Assembly: GCA_964016885.1 (NCBI GenBank)
Contig: OZ024756.1
Span: forward strand, 6,634,001-6,698,000
DNA from: Eledone cirrhosa
Lineage: Eukaryota
Direction of reading: 5' to 3'
Length of the DNA stretch: 64,000 bases
The position numbers and the translations under genes were made by a program. Below are positions 58,697 through 64,000 of the stretch, piece after piece. Under the pieces are notes generated by a model. It saw only the letters and a program-made list of their open reading frames with translations. It searched no databases and had not been told where the DNA came from. The stretch's first letter is position 1; the number at the start of each line of letters is the position of its first letter.

Positions 58697-58980
58697 CATC
58701 AATAGTGGACTTAATGATTTGCCCACTTTAACACCTGCATCTGGCACGTAGGTTACATTAGTGGAGAGTGCTCTGTGGTAAGCTTGAGCCAGGTCTTCTG
58801 TTCGAAGTTACCTTCTGCCCTCCATCTCACCCACAAGACACACAGGTCTCGGAAGCCCTAAAATAGAAGCATCTTTGCTGTCTATCCCTCCCCGAATAAA
58901 CAGCAAAATGAATAATTGAACTCACCACCTTACGATGTGAGCCAAACACCCTAACTACAAAGTCACGCAACTTTGCGCGC

Positions 58981-59014
<34 letters not shown>

Positions 59015-59463
59015 TATACACAAGAATGATGACAACGTAATAAATAACGAGAAGGACCACCTCCGAAACAAGCGGAATGACCACAATAAACACCACGAGT
59101 TAATTGGGTAGACAGAATCTGTGCGGATGCCCGATAGAAGGTCGGGTAATTCAATTATTGTGGTCCAATGATTCGACCTTGTCACACAGCGTCACGCTGA
59201 GTCTGGCTGATAATTACGTTAAGGGTACTCGTGTCTGTGGAATACTCAACCGGCCAGCTACAGGTTAATTCACATGTCGGATGTTCAGTGGATCGAACAA
59301 CGTAATGCTCATCGTGGACACCGACGGAGGATCCACCAGTACACGCTTAAAGGCTAAGCACCAGAGTGTACATCCTTAATAACACCAATAGCGAGAAGTA
59401 AAAGTAAGAGACAAGATACAACGTGTAGTGACTGACACACACACACATATACCCCCCCCCCCC

Positions 59464-59510
<47 letters not shown>

Positions 59511-59676
59511 ATATATATATATATATTATATATATATATTATATATATATAATATATATATAATAACGAAGGAAATGTGGTAAGGAACCAGATGGACCAT
59601 AACGCACCAGAGAATAGCCGTCGAAACGGCTTGAGCTCTGCCGTCGGGGTCATACTTTTTCCTATATATATATATA

Positions 59677-59710
<34 letters not shown>

Positions 59711-59884
59711 TAAAATAAAAGATTAAAGTTTAACCAAGATCCCGTTAAGGGTGAAAGCACCGGTTCTTTGCTTAAATTTTAATCTGTTATTTTAATAAAT
59801 ATTTGCTCTACGGTTCTTATATATTTGATATATATTTATCCTTATAGTGCCCTCTTTGGATTTTAATCTTCACATTTTATTATT

Positions 59885-59949
<65 letters not shown>

Positions 59950-60127
59950 GAAAAGATTCAGGACCCCGACGGCTGAGCTCCGGCCGTTATATATATATAA
60001 TTATATTAAGGGGTTAACCGAACAATGGAACACATAATGATCTGTTGCCTGTGAAGTACATAAACGAAAGCGCTAAACAGCCTGTATAAATGTGTAAGCC
60101 GGAGCATTATATATATATATATATGTA

Positions 60128-60169
<42 letters not shown>

Positions 60170-60221
60170 TATATATATTAGTTTTGCGAAGTTTTTTATA
60201 TGAAATCGTGTGTCGAAACAA

Positions 60222-60314
60222 ATATTGTTATACTTGGGGAGGGTCATATTTGTGTAATATTGCCAGAATTATTAATTCTGGCAATATTACACAAATATGA
60301 CCCTCCCCAAGTAT

Positions 60315-60322
<8 letters not shown>
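60222..60322. repeat. Perfect 49-bp inverted repeat with 3-nt loop at the end of a dispersed repeat (homologue ~26221-26295 minus)
   Basis: Arms 60222-60270 and 60274-60322 are exact reverse complements. Confidence 0.95.
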
Positions 60323-60367
<45 letters not shown>

Positions 60368-60506
60368 TAACAGATTAAAGTTTAAGCAAAGAATCGCTGC
60401 TTCCACCCTTAGCTGGATCTTCTTATTTTAATAAATATTTGTTCTAGGGTTTTTATATATTTGATATATATTTATCCTTATCGAGCCCTCTTTGGATTTT
60501 AGTCTT

Positions 60507-60546
<40 letters not shown>

Positions 60547-60721
60547 ACATAAACAGAGAAAGCCTTAAGCGATACTCTGACCAACTCCATCTCACTCAAC
60601 AAACATTAGGATATACCTAAGTATTTTCCCAATTTAGTGTTTTGGGTGCTAACTAATCAGTATTACGTGGATAGCTGGTTGTATTATTTTATATGAAACA
60701 TAATTAAATAAATATCTCTTT

Positions 60722-60807
<86 letters not shown>

Positions 60808-61053
60808 TTATTGTAGAAAAGGCTTCTACAGGACTAGAAATGATTCATTCCGGAGAAATCATCAAGAAGCCCTCCGAAATGAAACAGTTCTAGCCCTGTA
60901 GAAGATTTCTACATTAAATAGTTATACTCTGCTTGGTATTGCGTACCTTACTTACTGCGGTTACCCCCGATTGAACCCGGGATAAAATATATATATATAT
61001 ATATTTAAATTAATAAAAACAAAGTAACAGTTCCTTATATTAAAAAAGTCATC

Positions 61054-61181
61054 ATTTTACGATCGTTTCTAGGATATATATGTGTTTATTGGTATGTATA
61101 TCATAAAGATCTGTGTAAACATTTTACAAACTATCAGAGGGAATATACATACTTACACATATATATGCTGTCTTCAGAAAT
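61054..61181 (-). ncRNA. Candidate hammerhead with ~100-nt stem II
   Basis: Minus strand reads ATTT-CTGAAGA-[101 nt]-GAAA-CGATCG-TA-AAAT. The insert pairs 61074-85 with 61155-66 (12 bp perfect) and 61092-101 with 61143-52. Confidence 0.65.
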
Positions 61182-61255
61182 AATTGTTCTACTTTAGGCA
61201 CAATGCCAGCAATTAACCAGTACATTACTGGTACTTTATTTTATCGACCCCGTTA
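61182..61255 (-). mobile_element. SINE A 3' fragment (older copies ~61800-62005 and ~63790-63945)
   Basis: Core match. Confidence 0.8.
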
Positions 61256-62382
61256 GGGTAATGACACTACAGTATATTTTGGTAGATTTATCTACATATA
61301 TATATATTTATATATTTCACATGTGAGTCTATGTAAACAATCACGACAACAACAATCACGACAATAATTATATCGATAATAAAGTTAACTATGAGTAATA
61401 TGACAAACCCTTTACGTGGTCACTCGATCTGCTGAAAATATCAGTCAAATCTTTCCTCAAATCACATCCAAATTCATGGGTAAAAAACTAAGACTGAATA
61501 AATAGTGAGGATGGTCGTGTCTAGAGTGTCTTCGATTACAGATATCTCTGATCGGTCAGGATTGACCTGTTGTTAAACAACAACAAACGCTCAACACATT
61601 ATTCCTGTACCTTCTATTAGCTTGACATGTTAAGACTGTCGTCACAACCTTGACAACTACAACAACAACAACAACGGCAACACTACGACTTCAATAGCCA
61701 CATTAACTAACGAACACACCCGAATTACCTGTAAAAAGAATTATATTAATTAACCCCCACACCTGTAAGAATGATTACAATGAATAACTATTACATCTGT
61801 AATAATTGGTTCCACTTTACAAGGCCAACAATTTTGTGGGGGAGGAGAAAGTCGTTTAAATCGACCCCAGTACGTTACTGGTACTTTAATTTACCGACTC
61901 GGTAAGGATGAAAGATAAAGCTAACCCCGGCGGGATTCGAACGCAGAAAGTAAAGGGCCGTAACTTTATGACGCAAATTATGTTGTCCGACGCTCCACCA
62001 ATACTACCTGTAGAAACGGTTACCTTAATTAACTATTACACCTGGAGTATTGGCTACATTAACTATTACACCTCTAGAAACGGTTACCTTAATTAACAAT
62101 TTTACCTGTAGTAATGACTACATTAATTAACTATTACACCTGTAGAAATGGTTACCGTAATTAATTAATTTTACCTGTAATAATGGCTACATTAATTAAC
62201 TAAAACACCTGTAGCAAAGATTACAATAATAACATTACAACAACATTACAACTTCGATACCAACAACAACACCTGTAATATCGAACTCCATTCACAACGG
62301 AATCAGTCTTATAAAAGAAAAATCGACGAGTTAGTCACGGCTGGATCACAGATTTATATAAAACATTATCTGAGAACTAATA

Positions 62383-63415
62383 CCCCCATTACCTCCAGGA
62401 CCACCCCACTACCACCACCATTACCTCCAGGACCACCCCCACTACCTCCAGGACCACCCCCACTACCTCCAGGACCACCCCATTACCTCTGGGACCACCC
62501 CACTACCTCCAGGACCATCCCCATTACCTCCAGGACCACCCCCACTACCTCCAGGACCACCCCATTACCTCTGGGACCACCCCACTACCTCCAGGATCAC
62601 CCCACTACCTCCAGGACCACCCCCACTACCTCCAGGACCACCCCATTACCTCCAGGACCACCCCCACTACCTCCAGGACCACCCCCACTACCTCCAGGAC
62701 CACCCCATTACCTCCAGGACCACCCCATTACCTCCAGGACCACCCCCACTACCTCTAGGACCACCCCACTACCTCCAGGACCACCCCACTACCTCCAGGA
62801 CCACCCCACTACCTCCAGGACCACCCCACTACCTCCAGGACCACCCCACTACCTCCAGGACCACCCCCACTACCTCCAGGACCACCCCCACTACCTCTAG
62901 GACCACCCCACTACCTGCAGGACCACCCCACTACCTCCAGGACCACCCCACTACCTCCAGGACCACCCCACTACCTCCAGGACCACCCCACAACCTCCAG
63001 GACCACCCCATTACCTCCAGGACCACCCCCACTACCTCCAGGACCACCCCCACTACCTCCAGGACCACCCCCACTACCTCCAGGACCACCCCACTACCTC
63101 CAGGACCACCCCCATTACCTCCAGGACCACCCCCACTACCTCCAGGACCACCCCCACTACCTCTAGGACCACCACACTACCTCCCCTCCCACTACATCCA
63201 GGACCACCCCTCTACCTCTAGGACCGCCCCCAATACCTCAACACCACCCCCATTACCTCCAGGACCACCACACTAACTCAAGGATCACCCCACTACCTCC
63301 AGGACCACCCCACTACGTCCAGGACCACCCCCATTACCTCCAGGATCACCCCATTACCTCCAGGACCACCCCCACTACCTCCAGGACCACCACCTCTACC
63401 CCCAGGACCACCACT
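62383..63415. repeat. 19-21-bp C-rich minisatellite (CCACTACCTCCAGGACCACC)
   Basis: About 50 units. The minus strand is G-rich. Confidence 0.96.
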
Positions 63416-64000
63416 ACAACAACAACAACTAATACAACATACTATCAATAACATTCAGACCACAATAAATATAGAGAAAAAACACGTGTTCGAACTCTAC
63501 CGGTTCTGATGACGTATGTTGCTTCTATCTGTGGGACAGCCTGTCATTGCCAGTGGCTGAGCATACCACCAGATACACGCACACCTTTAACGTAATTCTC
63601 AGGGAGATTTGTTGTGACAGAGAGTGTGACAAGGCTGGTCTTTCAAATTAAAGATACTTTGAATTATAATTTTGCCAGGTGATCTCAAGGGCAGAACTGG
63701 CCGCCGGGAATCGAACTAACGACCTAGCGGCCATGAGCCGAGCACCTTTGCCATTAACTCACACCCATTCACTATAAACAACATATAGGTTTCTAATTTT
63801 TGACAGAGTACCAGCAGTTTTGGGGTGAGTGTAGAGGTGAGGGAGAGAAAGTTGATTAAAAATCGTCCCCAGTACATGACACTTTGTTACCGACTACAGA
63901 AAAAACAGTTGACTTTCGCGGGGTTTGAACGCAGGACGCAAAACTGACCCCCCCCCCCCCCCAAAAAAAAAAAAATCTATCTAAAATACTCAGGAAGATT

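Noticed and set aside
49742-63515. Isolated CTGANGA matches (~49742, 52441, 53178, 58090, 63506)
   Set aside because: They lack a correctly placed GAAA, stem II or flanking stem I.

Overview
This is eukaryotic, gene-poor, microsatellite-saturated DNA. The tRNA-derived SINE families and the extreme (AT)n/(AC)n/(AG)n load suggest an octopod cephalopod genome (inference). I found no intact protein-coding gene, and essentially all long ORFs in the track are translations of simple repeats or minisatellites. Recognisable content: about 20 copies of a tRNA-headed Nin/Deu-domain-like SINE (several with 16-20 bp TSDs), two further SINE types, a TTAA-flanked piggyBac-type MITE, a hAT-type MITE with an 8-bp TSD, RTE LINE relics and many minisatellites. 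The most interesting signal is a set of short, mostly fold-back islands embedded in or beside (TA)n tracts. They carry minimal type I hammerhead ribozyme cores (CUGANGA...GAAA, palindromic stem III, UH) from at least five sequence families. One lies directly downstream of a decayed GIY-YIG endonuclease, pointing to Penelope-like elements (PLEs). One has a ~100-nt stem II, and a further family has a non-canonical core. A degenerate HDV-like ribozyme candidate sits at the 5' end of an RTE-derived element. All folds were read by eye and none has been computed or tested.
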